Assembly (NCBI GenBank): GCA_036556025.1
Contig: DATBKD010000093.1
Location: forward strand, 1,828 to 65,827
Reading direction: 5' to 3'
From: Gemmatimonadales bacterium
Lineage (GTDB): Bacteria > Gemmatimonadota > Gemmatimonadetes > Gemmatimonadales > GWC2-71-9
DNA length: 64,000 nt
Under the pieces are notes generated by a model. That model did not search any database. It saw only the letters and a program-made list of their open reading frames with translations, and was not told the DNA's origin. The position numbers and the translations under genes are program-made. Shown piece after piece: positions 1 to 8,568 of the stretch (position 1 is its first letter; each line of letters begins with the position of its first letter).

Positions 1-169
1 GACTCGCGTGGATCTTGTAATCACCAACCTCGAGCATCGGCACCCCTTTGGCGAAGTCCGCCATCACCTGATCGGCCGGGATGTAGGTGACGACACCATC
101 GTCGGTCCGTGGATGGAGCACGGCGCCCAGGAGCAAGACCAGCGCCAGGAGCAGAATTATCGGTCGCAT
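1..169 (-). CDS. Secreted protein, N-terminal part only (gene runs off the window start); function unassigned
   Basis: ATG at 169-167 lies 5 nt after a GGGAGG RBS (complement of 175-180). The frame stays open to nt 1. The product starts MRPIILLLALVLLLGAVLHP (signal peptide). It is not in the ORF track because no stop lies inside the window. Confidence 0.5.
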   Translation of the reverse strand, partial: MRPIILLLALVLLLGAVLHPRTDDGVVTYIPADQVMADFAKGVPMLEVGDYKIHAS

Positions 170-180
170 GGGGGCCTCCC

Positions 181-675
181 TCACTTCGCCGCGTTGGTCT
201 TGCCGTTGAGCGCGATCGAGCCGGCGAGCGCGATGGCGGCATCCCGCGCCGCGCTGGATGCGCCGCTGACCCCGATGGCACCGACCACCCGACCGTCGAC
301 GACGATCGGCTCGCCGCCGTTGAGCGGAGCGGACCACACGTTCAGCAAGGGTGTGCGGCCCCCGATGATGGCGTCCTCCAGGATCTTGGTGGGCTTTTGA
401 AACAGCGCGGCGGTCCGCGCCTTTTCCGTGGAAATCGTGGCGCCCATGGGAAAAGTCGGCTGGATGCGCTCGAGGTACATGAGGTTGCCGCCGTCGTCGA
501 CGATCGCGATGGAGCCGCCTTCATTCCCCTTCTTTGCTTCAGCGGCGGCTGCTGCGGCGATCACCTTGGCGCCTTCCAGCGTCAGAGTCCGCTTGGCCTC
601 GGTTGCCTGCGCATGGGCCCGGCCGGTACCCGCAACCAGGGCCAGGGCAATGAGGAAGGTACGAGTGGTCTTCAT
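181..675 (-). CDS. GlcG/HbpS-like heme-binding protein (DUF336), secreted
   Basis: 164-aa ORF with signal peptide MKTTRTFLIALALVAGTGRAHA. GGSIAIVDDGGNLMY and IVVDGRVVGAIGVSGA segments are typical of the GlcG/DUF336 family. Confidence 0.8.
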   Translation of the reverse strand: MKTTRTFLIALALVAGTGRAHAQATEAKRTLTLEGAKVIAAAAAAEAKKGNEGGSIAIVDDGGNLMYLERIQPTFPMGATISTEKARTAALFQKPTKILEDAIIGGRTPLLNVWSAPLNGGEPIVVDGRVVGAIGVSGASSAARDAAIALAGSIALNGKTNAAK

Positions 676-782
676 GATGTGCTGCTCCTCGCTAGGTGGA
701 TGGCTGCCATGATGCAGCCTCTAATGCGAGGAGCGGGGAGTTGGTTCCAGCTGGCGGAGATATCCCGCCGGCTGGCGGCGGC

Positions 783-1607
783 TCACTCCACCCCGGCGAG
801 ATTGTACAGCGCGCGCCAGGCCCGGAACACTTCCCGGTAGTCCTGGTGGACATATTCCACCGTTCGTCCGCCGGTCCGGACCGAACCGGGAACCAGTTCC
901 GCCATGTCCGCCATCTGGGCAAGGGCGAAGTCCACCTCCAGCCGGATGGGGGAGGGCAGAGTAAATGGCCGGTGGGGGCGCTTCAGTGCCGCGGCAGCGC
1001 CCTCCCGGATGCGACGGCAGGCTTCCACGGGTGCCACGCTGCGCGCAGCAAACCGTCCCACCGCGTGTTTCACGATGACCGTCTCCACCGATTCTCCCAG
1101 GACCTCCCGGGTCTCCTGAGCCAGCGTCTGGTCGCCGCTCACCAACGCGATCCCCACCCCGTACGTGCCGGCGAGCGCGGCGTTGATGGCCAGTTCCCCT
1201 ACCGGCCGTCCATTGAGTCGCGCCTCATAGACTCGACTGCTGTAGGTGTGGTCGATGATGGCGGCTCGGACGCCGGCTCGCGCGTGATAGCCAATCAGCA
1301 TCGCAGCGTCGAAACCCTGTTCGACCCCCTCCATCATGGACCGGAGCTTGGGCCCCCCGCTCAACAGCTCGGCGGCCGGGTGGAGCTCCTCGACCAGCAG
1401 GTTGCGCATGAACCAATGGCTGTCGTTGACCAGCACGGCCGTCGCCCCGGCCGCCAGGGCTCCTTCGATGGCAGCATTGGCTTCCCCCGTCATCAAATGC
1501 CGAAACCTGTTATACTCCCCCGCGTGCAGCGGATCAGTGGGGTCAGTCTGATCCTCATGAACGACGCCGGCAACGCCTTCCATGTCGACGGAGATGTAGA
1601 CCTTCAT
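783..1607 (-). CDS. D-aminopeptidase, peptidase family M55 (DppA-type)
   Basis: Start trimmed to ATG 1607 (GGGAGA RBS 4 nt upstream). MKVYISVDMEGVAGVV, LVNDSH and IGYHA are M55 hallmarks. The 72 extra upstream codons of track ORF 783..1823 do not look coding. Confidence 0.85.
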   Translation of the reverse strand: MKVYISVDMEGVAGVVHEDQTDPTDPLHAGEYNRFRHLMTGEANAAIEGALAAGATAVLVNDSHWFMRNLLVEELHPAAELLSGGPKLRSMMEGVEQGFDAAMLIGYHARAGVRAAIIDHTYSSRVYEARLNGRPVGELAINAALAGTYGVGIALVSGDQTLAQETREVLGESVETVIVKHAVGRFAARSVAPVEACRRIREGAAAALKRPHRPFTLPSPIRLEVDFALAQMADMAELVPGSVRTGGRTVEYVHQDYREVFRAWRALYNLAGVE

Positions 1608-1652
1608 GACGTCTCCCGTGGTAGGGACCCGGTGACAGGGCGAGGACAAATC

Positions 1653-2057
1653 ATGCGCGTACGTGTGTGGGGACTTGCTACGGCGATCGCCGTGGCTGCT
1701 TGCTCTCCCCATGGTGACCAGCAGAACGCCAATCTGCTGGAGCAGGGACGTCTCTACACCGCCTGGCTCTACGGCAATCAATACCAGAAGCTCTGGGACC
1801 GATTTTCGCCCGACATGCGGCAAACGTTCGGCAGCGTCGCCGATCTGGCCAGCTTTGCCGGGCGCGCGGTCACCCGTTTGGGCGTCGAGAAGCGAGTGGT
1901 CGACGAACGGGTGGACGTGACGCAGCAGTTTCCGGTGTACAGCCGGGCGGCCTCGTTCGACAAGTCACGCCATCGGATGCTGATCGAGTGGAGCCTGGCC
2001 AAGAACGGAGACGTGACCGGACTGGTGGTGCGCCCGGAGCTGTCCGACTCGCAATAG
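1653..2057 (+). CDS. Small lipoprotein, DUF3887-like
   Basis: Only the last 134 codons of track ORF 696..2057 look real. ATG 1653 gives MRVRVWGLATAIAVAACS (lipobox-like AAC). The rest resembles DUF3887 proteins. The upstream part of the ORF is the antisense shadow of the M55 gene. Confidence 0.6.
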   Translation: MRVRVWGLATAIAVAACSPHGDQQNANLLEQGRLYTAWLYGNQYQKLWDRFSPDMRQTFGSVADLASFAGRAVTRLGVEKRVVDERVDVTQQFPVYSRAASFDKSRHRMLIEWSLAKNGDVTGLVVRPELSDSQ

Positions 2058-2071
2058 GTCCGCGGCACGGG

Positions 2072-2401
2072 CTAGTAGACCCGGCCTCCCAGCGGCACCT
2101 CGCGCTCCACGCCGAGGAGAACGACGTCGCCCCGCTCGCTCGGCACACCCAGTACCAGGACTTCCGACGTGAAGCCGGCGATGTTGCGAGTCCCCAGGTT
2201 GACTGCCGCCACCACCAGGCGCCCCACCAACTCCTCCGCCCGGTAGAGATCACGGAGCTGGGCGCTCGAGGTCTTCTCTCCCAACGGCCCAAAATCGACC
2301 CAGAGCTTGTAGGACGGCTTGCGAGCCGGCTCGTTGACCTCGGCTCGGGTGATTCGTCCGACGCGGAGATCGAGCACCTGGAACGCAGTGAGCGGGTCCA
2401 T
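2072..2401 (-). CDS. csaA: tRNA-binding (EMAP/OB-fold) chaperone CsaA
   Basis: 109 aa. FQVLDLRVGRITRAEVNEPARKPSYKLWVDFG is the CsaA/Trbp111 tRNA-binding domain signature. Its start shares 1 nt with the upstream stop (TGATG). Confidence 0.8.
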   Translation of the reverse strand: MDPLTAFQVLDLRVGRITRAEVNEPARKPSYKLWVDFGPLGEKTSSAQLRDLYRAEELVGRLVVAAVNLGTRNIAGFTSEVLVLGVPSERGDVVLLGVEREVPLGGRVY

Positions 2402-3198
2402 CAGTACAGCAACTCGCCCTTGAGCACCGTTACCGCCTCTCCCCCCAACTTGACCCGCTCGCCGGCAAGCCGTACCTGAACTGTTCCGCCGCGCGACGAT
2501 GCCTGGTATCCCACCAGGTCATTGCGGCCCACCTTGGGACACCAGTATGGGGCCAGAGCGCAGTGCGCCGAACCGGTGACCGGGTCCTCCGGCACCCCCG
2601 CCGCAGGGCCGAAGAAGCGAGAGACGAAGTCGTACTCCGGGCCGGTGGCTCTGGCGGTGACGATGATCCCTCGCGCCGGCAACCGGGTCAGGATTACGAG
2701 ATCCGGATTGAGGGTGCGGACGGCAAGCTCGGAATCGAGCTCGACCAGGTAGTCGAACGGAGTACGTCCCACGAATCGGCCACGAGTCCCCAGCCCCTGG
2801 ACCAGCTCCTCGGGTGGCCCGACCGGGGTCGCCGGGGTGGAAGGAAAGTCGAGCCAGATCAACCGATCGCGCCGCTCAGCCGTCAGGACGCCGCTGCGGG
2901 TGTGAAAACGGGCGACTTGGTCGGCCGGCAGATGCTCCTGCTCCCACAACACGTGGGCGCTCGCCAGCGTGGCATGCCCGCAAAGGTCCACTTCGCAGGC
3001 CGGAGTAAACCACCGCAGATCGAATCCGTCGAGCCGCCGAACCAGAAACGCGGTCTCGGCCAGGTTCATTTCCTGGGCTACCTGCTGCATCCATTCCGTG
3101 GCCCGGACCGTGGGCAATAGACATACTGCCGCCGGATTGCCGCAGAACGGCTGATCGGTGAACGCGTCCACCTGGGTGAATCGCTGCCGGATTTTCAT
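2401..3198 (-). CDS. PhzF-family isomerase
   Basis: 265 aa. FTQVDAFTDQPFCGNPAAVC at the N-terminus and DPVTGSAHCAL near the C-terminus are PhzF-family catalytic motifs. Confidence 0.85.
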   Translation of the reverse strand: MKIRQRFTQVDAFTDQPFCGNPAAVCLLPTVRATEWMQQVAQEMNLAETAFLVRRLDGFDLRWFTPACEVDLCGHATLASAHVLWEQEHLPADQVARFHTRSGVLTAERRDRLIWLDFPSTPATPVGPPEELVQGLGTRGRFVGRTPFDYLVELDSELAVRTLNPDLVILTRLPARGIIVTARATGPEYDFVSRFFGPAAGVPEDPVTGSAHCALAPYWCPKVGRNDLVGYQASSRGGTVQVRLAGERVKLGGEAVTVLKGELLY

Positions 3199-3435
3199 GA
3201 ATACTGGTCGGGAGATAGGGAACGAGGGCGATTTGCGTGTTTAGAGAAGTATGAGCTTGCTGAACGGGAAGTGAAGGGGGGCTGCGGGAGCTTTATGAGG
3301 CTGCGCGAAGATTTCCCGAGTTTTGATGACAGGACTGGAGCCGGGCCAGCAGGTCACTGAAGCTGAACGGCTTGGTGAGCATTGCGCCTCCGAGGGAGGG
3401 GTCGCAAACCGGACATCTTTCCGCCACCTGGCGTA

Positions 3436-3462
3436 TTATCGGCCCTTCCGGGCAAGAGTTGA
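3436..3462 (-). promoter_or_regulatory. Sigma-28 (FliA)-type promoter candidate
   Basis: The minus strand reads TCAA-N15-GCCGATAA (-10 = complement of 3436-3443, -35 = complement of 3459-3462), against the enterobacterial consensus TAAA-N15-GCCGATAA. It is intergenic and points toward 3382/3198. Confidence 0.45.
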
Positions 3463-3549
3463 GTGGCGTAAGCAGGTGCAGGCTTGCCCCAGGCAGCGGC
3501 GTGCCAGGGGCCTGAGCACCGGGTCGGCCTGGGTGGACCGGAGCGCCCC

Positions 3550-3825
3550 TCAGGCCGAGTCGCCGAGGTCCTTCAGCACGCGGCGAGCGATCTGCTCGAC
3601 GGCCTCAGGGGAATCGTAGAAGCCTTCGTTCAGCCGCCGCAGGATCAGCTGTACTTGCTCCGGTGTGAGCTCAGGCGTCGCGTCTGGCGGAATGGGGGCC
3701 TCGGGCTCGCCAGGTGGCTGGTTGGGGACGGAAGGCTCGAAGTCCATGAGGGCTCGGTTCGGCATACTCCCAGTATCGGCCGCTCGCCGGGGAGCTTGAC
3801 AGGCGGCTTGGGCCCGTAGGTTCAC
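3550..3825 (-). CDS. Possible FlgM-like anti-sigma-28 factor
   Basis: 91 aa (GTG start; an ATG at 3765 is an alternative). The N-terminal half is Pro-rich and looks disordered. The C-terminus LRRLNEGFYDSPEAVEQIARRVLKDL resembles the FlgM C-terminal helix (I..G.Y.VD...IA..LL). A fliA gene lies 4 kb away. Confidence 0.45.
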   Translation of the reverse strand: MNLRAQAACQAPRRAADTGSMPNRALMDFEPSVPNQPPGEPEAPIPPDATPELTPEQVQLILRRLNEGFYDSPEAVEQIARRVLKDLGDSA

Positions 3826-3906
3826 GGGATGCTATCGGGGGGGCTCGGCCCTATGTTCTATCTAGCCCTCACTTATGTCAACTGCTTCTCCTGACCGCCG
3901 ACATCG

Positions 3907-5319
3907 ATGGCGATGATCCTCTGCGTGGATGACGAGCCTGCAGTCGGCGTCATTCTCGAGCACGCCTTGACCCAGATGGGCCATCGGTGCCTCATCGTGC
4001 CCAGCGTGGAAGAGGCCATGGCGGCGGTCGGGCGGTCGCCTTTCGACCTGATCCTGGCCGACTACCGCATGCCCAGACGGACAGGGCTCGACCTGCTCAG
4101 CCTGCTGGAAGCAGAGGGGCATCGTATCCCGGTCATCATCATGACGGGCTACTCCAGCATCGAGCATGCGGTCATCTCCATCAAGAGCGGTGCAATCGAC
4201 TACTTGACCAAACCGGTCACTCCCGAGGCACTCGAGATTGCGGTGGGTCAGGCGCTCGAGGTCGTGCGATTGCGCCGCGAGAACGAGAGCTTCCGGCGCG
4301 AGCTCCAGAAGGTGCGCTCGTCCAGAATGCTGGTCGGGGAGAGCGAGCCCTTCCGGCGGGTCATGGACGTGATCGACGCGGTCGCGCCGACCAGGGCCAC
4401 CGTGCTGCTCGAGGGAGAGTCCGGTACCGGCAAGGAGTTGTTCGCTCGTGCCATTCACGACCGGAGTCCGCGGCACGCCGCCCCGTTCATAACGGTGAAC
4501 TGCGCCGCCCTTCCGGAGGGTCTGGTCGAGAGCGTGCTGTTCGGACACGAGAAGGGGGCCTTCACCGGCGCGACCGTCCGAACAGCGGGTGCCTTCGAGC
4601 GGGCGCACAGCGGCACGCTGCTGTTGGATGAAGTCTCGGAGATGCGCCTCGATCTGCAGGCGAAGCTGCTTCGAGTCATTCAGGAGCAGGAGTTCGAGCG
4701 GGTCGGCGGGGCGCAGCCGGTCAAGGTAGACGTTCGGCTGATCGCGACCACCAATCGTGATTTGAAGGTGGAGGCGGATGCGGGAAGGTTTCGGAGCGAC
4801 TTGTACTACCGGCTCAAGGTGGTCCCAATCCGGACCCCGAGCCTGCGCGAGCGATCGGAGGATATTCCCAGACTGGTGCACTTCTTTGTCCAGCGGTCCT
4901 CAGAGCACTTGGGCATGCCGGCTCCACCCCTGGCCCCGGAGACCATGGAGCTGCTGCAATCCTACCGCTGGCCTGGGAATGTTCGAGAGCTGGCAAACGC
5001 GGTTGAGCGTGCGGTCATTCTCTCCCGCGGGCAGGTGCTGCGGCCAGCGGCGTTCCTGGGGCATTTCGATGATGCCCAGCCGGAAGCGACCTACAGGGGA
5101 GAACGCGTCAAGCAGGACTTGGGCCCCCAACCCACTTCCGAGCCGGCGATCCTGGCCCCGGAATCCTCGTTCGACCTGGAGGAGCTCGAAGGCCGGGCTA
5201 TACAGCGGGCGCTGGCGGCGACCGGCGGCAACCGGGTGCGGGCCGCCAAGCTCCTGGGGATCAGTGAACGGACTCTGCGTAACAAACTGAAAGCGGCGAA
5301 ATCTACAGAGCCTTCCTAG
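3907..5319 (+). CDS. Sigma-54-dependent response regulator (NtrC/FleR/FlbD class)
   Basis: Canonical receiver (CVDDEP, ILADYRMP, DYLTKP), AAA+ sigma-54 interaction domain (GESGTGKELFARAIH, GAFTGA loop) and C-terminal Fis-type HTH (AAKLLGISERTLRNKL). Confidence 0.9.
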   Translation: MAMILCVDDEPAVGVILEHALTQMGHRCLIVPSVEEAMAAVGRSPFDLILADYRMPRRTGLDLLSLLEAEGHRIPVIIMTGYSSIEHAVISIKSGAIDYLTKPVTPEALEIAVGQALEVVRLRRENESFRRELQKVRSSRMLVGESEPFRRVMDVIDAVAPTRATVLLEGESGTGKELFARAIHDRSPRHAAPFITVNCAALPEGLVESVLFGHEKGAFTGATVRTAGAFERAHSGTLLLDEVSEMRLDLQAKLLRVIQEQEFERVGGAQPVKVDVRLIATTNRDLKVEADAGRFRSDLYYRLKVVPIRTPSLRERSEDIPRLVHFFVQRSSEHLGMPAPPLAPETMELLQSYRWPGNVRELANAVERAVILSRGQVLRPAAFLGHFDDAQPEATYRGERVKQDLGPQPTSEPAILAPESSFDLEELEGRAIQRALAATGGNRVRAAKLLGISERTLRNKLKAAKSTEPS

Positions 5320-5366
5320 ACGTCCCTCCTGGCTGATTTTGCGCGTCCTTCACAGTCATCCGCAAT

Positions 5367-5382
5367 CGGCACGGACCTTGCC
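5367..5382 (+). promoter_or_regulatory. Sigma-54 (-24/-12) promoter candidate upstream of the HD-GYP regulator gene
   Basis: CGGCACGGACCTTGCC matches GGCAC-N5-TTGC with exact GG/GC spacing. It lies 95 nt upstream of ATG 5477, just downstream of the sigma-54 activator gene. Confidence 0.6.
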
Positions 5383-5476
5383 CCTCACCCTCCTGCCCGG
5401 AAAGCCTTGCCTCCTTCCCTCGCACCTCCGGGCTGTGCCAACCAGTGGCTGCTCCGACCGAAGGAGAACGTCGCTC

Positions 5477-6640
5477 ATGGCTGATGGCTCGGTGGTCTCA
5501 GTGCTGATGGTGGGAGACAGGTTGGCAACGCGGTCGGAGCTGCAGGAATATCTCGGACAGCGCGGCATAGACGTGCTCACGGCGAAAGGCTCCGCCGAGG
5601 CCCTTCACCTGCTCGCCCGGTTCAAGATCGGCTGTATGCTGATGGACGCCGGATTGGAGCCAGGGAGCGCTCCCGATTTTGTGGCTCGGGTGCTGGAGCG
5701 TGAGCCGGCCCTTGCGGTAGTTATCGTGGCACGGGACCAGGACCTGCGGACCGGCCTGCAGCTGATGCGGCGGGGGGCTCTGGATTGCCTCGATGAGGCT
5801 GAAGCCGCTCCAGAAATCGAGGCCGCTGTCAGACAAGCTCTTGAGCGGCGCCGGATCTCGATGCGCGAGGACGCCATGTCCCGCTCCTTGCGGGAGGAGG
5901 TCGGAAAGTTGTCCGGCGAGCTGCGTCAAGCGAGAGCCCGAGTCGAGGACCTCGCCCTTGCCACGCTGGAGTCATTGGTCTGCGTGGTCGAGGCCAAGGA
6001 TCCCTGGTTGGCGGGCCATTCGGTACGAGTGGCGCAGCTCGCCGCCTCCCTCGCGGCGGAGATGAGCCGCAACGACGCAGAGATCGAGTCGGTGCGCATT
6101 GCCGGCAGACTCCATGACATCGGAATGATCTGCCTGGCCGACGGGATCCTCTCGAAGAAGGGGCCCCTGACCCCGGATGAGTTCGTGCAGATCAAGCGCC
6201 ACGTGATAGTCGGGTCCGACATTGTCTCGCCTCTGCCTGAATTCGGGGCGGTGAGCCGATTCGTGCGACACCATCACGAGCGATGGGACGGCCACGGTTA
6301 CCCCGACCGCCTCGGAGAGGACGAGATTCCCTGGGGCGCGCGCTTGATCGGAGCGGCCGAAATCTACGACGCATTCACCACCAAACGACCGTACCGAAAG
6401 CCCATCTCCCCGGAGAGCGCGGTGGCGGAAATGAAGAAGCTGATCGGGACGACCATCGCGCCTCAGGTGCACGAAGCGCTGGCGGCGGTCGTGGGCCGTC
6501 GGCGGGCGCTCATTTTTCTGGATGACCAGGCTGCGGAGATTCCGGGACCGTCGACTGCGGCTCGGGCCGCTACGCTGGCCGACAGCCACCATGATGCCTT
6601 GCCGTCCTCTCTGCAGAGCCCCACAACTCGACCTTCCTGA
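5477..6640 (+). CDS. Response regulator with HD-GYP (c-di-GMP phosphodiesterase-type) output domain
   Basis: Start set at ATG 5477 (AAGGAGA RBS at 5461-5467). Receiver-like N-terminus. HDIGMICL and HHERWDGHGYP are the HD-GYP signatures. Confidence 0.85.
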   Translation: MADGSVVSVLMVGDRLATRSELQEYLGQRGIDVLTAKGSAEALHLLARFKIGCMLMDAGLEPGSAPDFVARVLEREPALAVVIVARDQDLRTGLQLMRRGALDCLDEAEAAPEIEAAVRQALERRRISMREDAMSRSLREEVGKLSGELRQARARVEDLALATLESLVCVVEAKDPWLAGHSVRVAQLAASLAAEMSRNDAEIESVRIAGRLHDIGMICLADGILSKKGPLTPDEFVQIKRHVIVGSDIVSPLPEFGAVSRFVRHHHERWDGHGYPDRLGEDEIPWGARLIGAAEIYDAFTTKRPYRKPISPESAVAEMKKLIGTTIAPQVHEALAAVVGRRRALIFLDDQAAEIPGPSTAARAATLADSHHDALPSSLQSPTTRPS

Positions 6641-6849
6641 GACAGGGAGCTGTCCGAGGACCCGGCAAATTCGACCGGCCTCCCGGTAAGCTCTGCCGAT
6701 CCCTCGGCCCGGTCTTCCCGTTGCCGTTCGGCCATGCGCTGAACGGCGGCGTCGCTGGTTCGCGTTCTCGGTTTCCAACCGCCTATCCCGACAAGACATC
6801 CGCATAGACGCTGCAGAGGCGCGCGGCATGGTGCAGCGGGCCTGCCGAT

Positions 6850-6865
6850 TGGCATATCGGTTGCC
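6850..6865 (+). promoter_or_regulatory. Sigma-54 (-24/-12) promoter candidate upstream of flhG-fliA
   Basis: TGGCATATCGGTTGCC matches TGGCAC-N5-TTGC at 9 of 10 consensus positions with correct spacing. It lies 51 nt upstream of ATG 6917 in a 276-nt intergenic region. Confidence 0.65.
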
Positions 6866-6916
6866 CTAGGGGACCTGTCCACCAGGAACGCTCGCGCACT
6901 TGGCTGAGCTGGTCGC

Positions 6917-7792
6917 ATGCCGCTCGGATTGGAGAAAGGTCGGATCTCGATGAGCGCTACCGAGGCCCCGTTGAATGTCGAGCCATCATCGGCATCGGTC
7001 CGCGTGCCGTTGCCCGATTCCATCGAGGGCTCTAGGCCAGTGACGCTGGTCGTGGGGAGCGGCAAAGGGGGAGTGGGGAAATCACTGGTAAGCATCCTGT
7101 TGGCCGAGTGCATGGCGGCCGATGGCCGTCGCGTTCTCCTCTGCGATGCCGACCAGAATTTGCCGAACCTGCACCTGCTCCTGGGGATGAAGCCCGTAGT
7201 GCAAACCGAGGCCCTTCTCTACGGAGGTATCTCGCCTGAGTCTCTCCTGCGGCTGGCGGGGACCAATCTGTGGCTGCTGCCCGGCGACCCGGATACCGAG
7301 TCGGTGTACTCCCTGCAAGCGACCGAGCGGGCCCGGCTGCAGCGCCGTCTCAGCGAGCTCTACCTGGGCTTCGATGCGGTCATCGTGGACGCGGGTGCTG
7401 GGATCGAAGGCGTGGTCCGGGTCTCGACCCTCGGCGCCTCCCGCTTGCTGGTGGTGACGACCCCGGAGCCAACCGCGCTGATGGATGCGTACGCGCTGCT
7501 CAAGGTCGTCACGGCACAGAGCGCGGGCCTGCCGATCGACATCTTGGTCAACCGAACCCAGGACGACAGCGAAGGAACGGTGGCGTTCCGACGGCTCGCA
7601 AGCGCTTGCAGCCAGTTTCTCCAGCATTCCATTGGCTGGCTGGGCGCTCTCCCGGAGGATGCAGCTCTGCAGGCGTCGGTGCGAAGCGCGGAACAACTGC
7701 GCGGGGCAATCTCGCACACCGAGGCAGGCCGTCGGCTGCGAGGTCTGCTGGTCGCCTACCCCTATGTCTCCCAGGCCAGGAGCGTCTCGTGA
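6917..7792 (+). CDS. flhG: MinD/ParA-family ATPase, FlhG/FleN-like
   Basis: Deviant Walker A GSGKGGVGKS. Its stop overlaps the fliA start (GTGA). The FlhG call rests on its position directly upstream of fliA. An alternative ATG at 6950 has a GGAGAAAGG RBS. Confidence 0.7.
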   Translation: MPLGLEKGRISMSATEAPLNVEPSSASVRVPLPDSIEGSRPVTLVVGSGKGGVGKSLVSILLAECMAADGRRVLLCDADQNLPNLHLLLGMKPVVQTEALLYGGISPESLLRLAGTNLWLLPGDPDTESVYSLQATERARLQRRLSELYLGFDAVIVDAGAGIEGVVRVSTLGASRLLVVTTPEPTALMDAYALLKVVTAQSAGLPIDILVNRTQDDSEGTVAFRRLASACSQFLQHSIGWLGALPEDAALQASVRSAEQLRGAISHTEAGRRLRGLLVAYPYVSQARSVS

Positions 7793-8568
7793 CTTCAGGC
7801 GTCGACAAGCTGTCTCGCGCGTCTTCCGCCGGTCTTTGGGCCCGCTATCAGGCCGGCGGTGATCCGGAGGCGAGGGAGCTACTCCTGGCGCAGTACCTGG
7901 GCCTGGTTCACCATGTCGCTCGAGAGATGAACCGCCGGACGCCAACCCTCGAGTTGGGAGACTTGGTCAGCGCGGGCACGATGGGGTTGCTTCGCGCTCT
8001 CGAAAACTTCGATACTTCCCGCGGGCTCGCCTTCAGCACGTACGCGGTCCAGCGGATTCGAGGGGCCATTCTGGACGACCTTCGACGCAATGACTGGAGG
8101 CCCAGGTCCTTGCGGGTGAAGCGGCGCCGGTTGCTTGCCGCCCGGGCGGAGCTTGAAGCGAACCTGGGGCGGACGGCGACCCCCGCGGAAATAGCCCAGG
8201 CCCTTGGCATCGACCTCGGGGTGTACTGGGAGTGGTTGGATGCCATTGGCCAAAGCGAAAACATCGAAATCTCCGACGGCTCTTCCGCCTCCTACGAGCA
8301 GACCAACCTGCACATGAGTCAGGCGAAAGCAGCGACCCTGGCGCCGGACCAACTGCTTGTGGAGCGGGAGCAAGTGGACCGGCTCCGAGACGCGATCGCT
8401 CGGCTACCGGAGCGGGAGAGAAGGGTCGTGGCGCTCTGTTACTACGAGGAGCTCACCCTGAGGGAGATCGGAGTGGTACTCTCGGTCACGGAATCCCGGG
8501 TATGTCAGATCCGGAGCCGCGCGATGAAGCGACTGAAGGCGGTCCTTGCGGGAGCACCGGATGACTGA
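7789..8568 (+). CDS. fliA: RNA polymerase sigma factor, FliA/WhiG (sigma-28) family
   Basis: GTG 7789 is in frame with track ORF 7270..8568 and overlaps the flhG stop. Sigma-70 regions 2-4 are present, including YYEELTLREIGVVLSVTESRVCQIRSRAMKRL (region 4.2 HTH). At 259 aa it has typical FliA size. Confidence 0.85.
   Translation: MTSGVDKLSRASSAGLWARYQAGGDPEARELLLAQYLGLVHHVAREMNRRTPTLELGDLVSAGTMGLLRALENFDTSRGLAFSTYAVQRIRGAILDDLRRNDWRPRSLRVKRRRLLAARAELEANLGRTATPAEIAQALGIDLGVYWEWLDAIGQSENIEISDGSSASYEQTNLHMSQAKAATLAPDQLLVEREQVDRLRDAIARLPERERRVVALCYYEELTLREIGVVLSVTESRVCQIRSRAMKRLKAVLAGAPDD

Noticed and set aside
696-1652. N-terminal 319 codons of the 453-aa plus-strand ORF 696..2057
   Set aside because: This part mirrors the M55 peptidase gene on the other strand and has a low-complexity Gly/Arg/His composition. 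Only the last 134 codons (from ATG 1653, lipoprotein signal) look genuine.
3832-3858. CCGATAG (-10-like for sigma-28) upstream of the FlgM-like gene
   Set aside because: The sequence 15-17 nt upstream reads GAAC/AGAA/TAGA rather than TAAA, and the -10 deviates at two positions. It is too weak to call.
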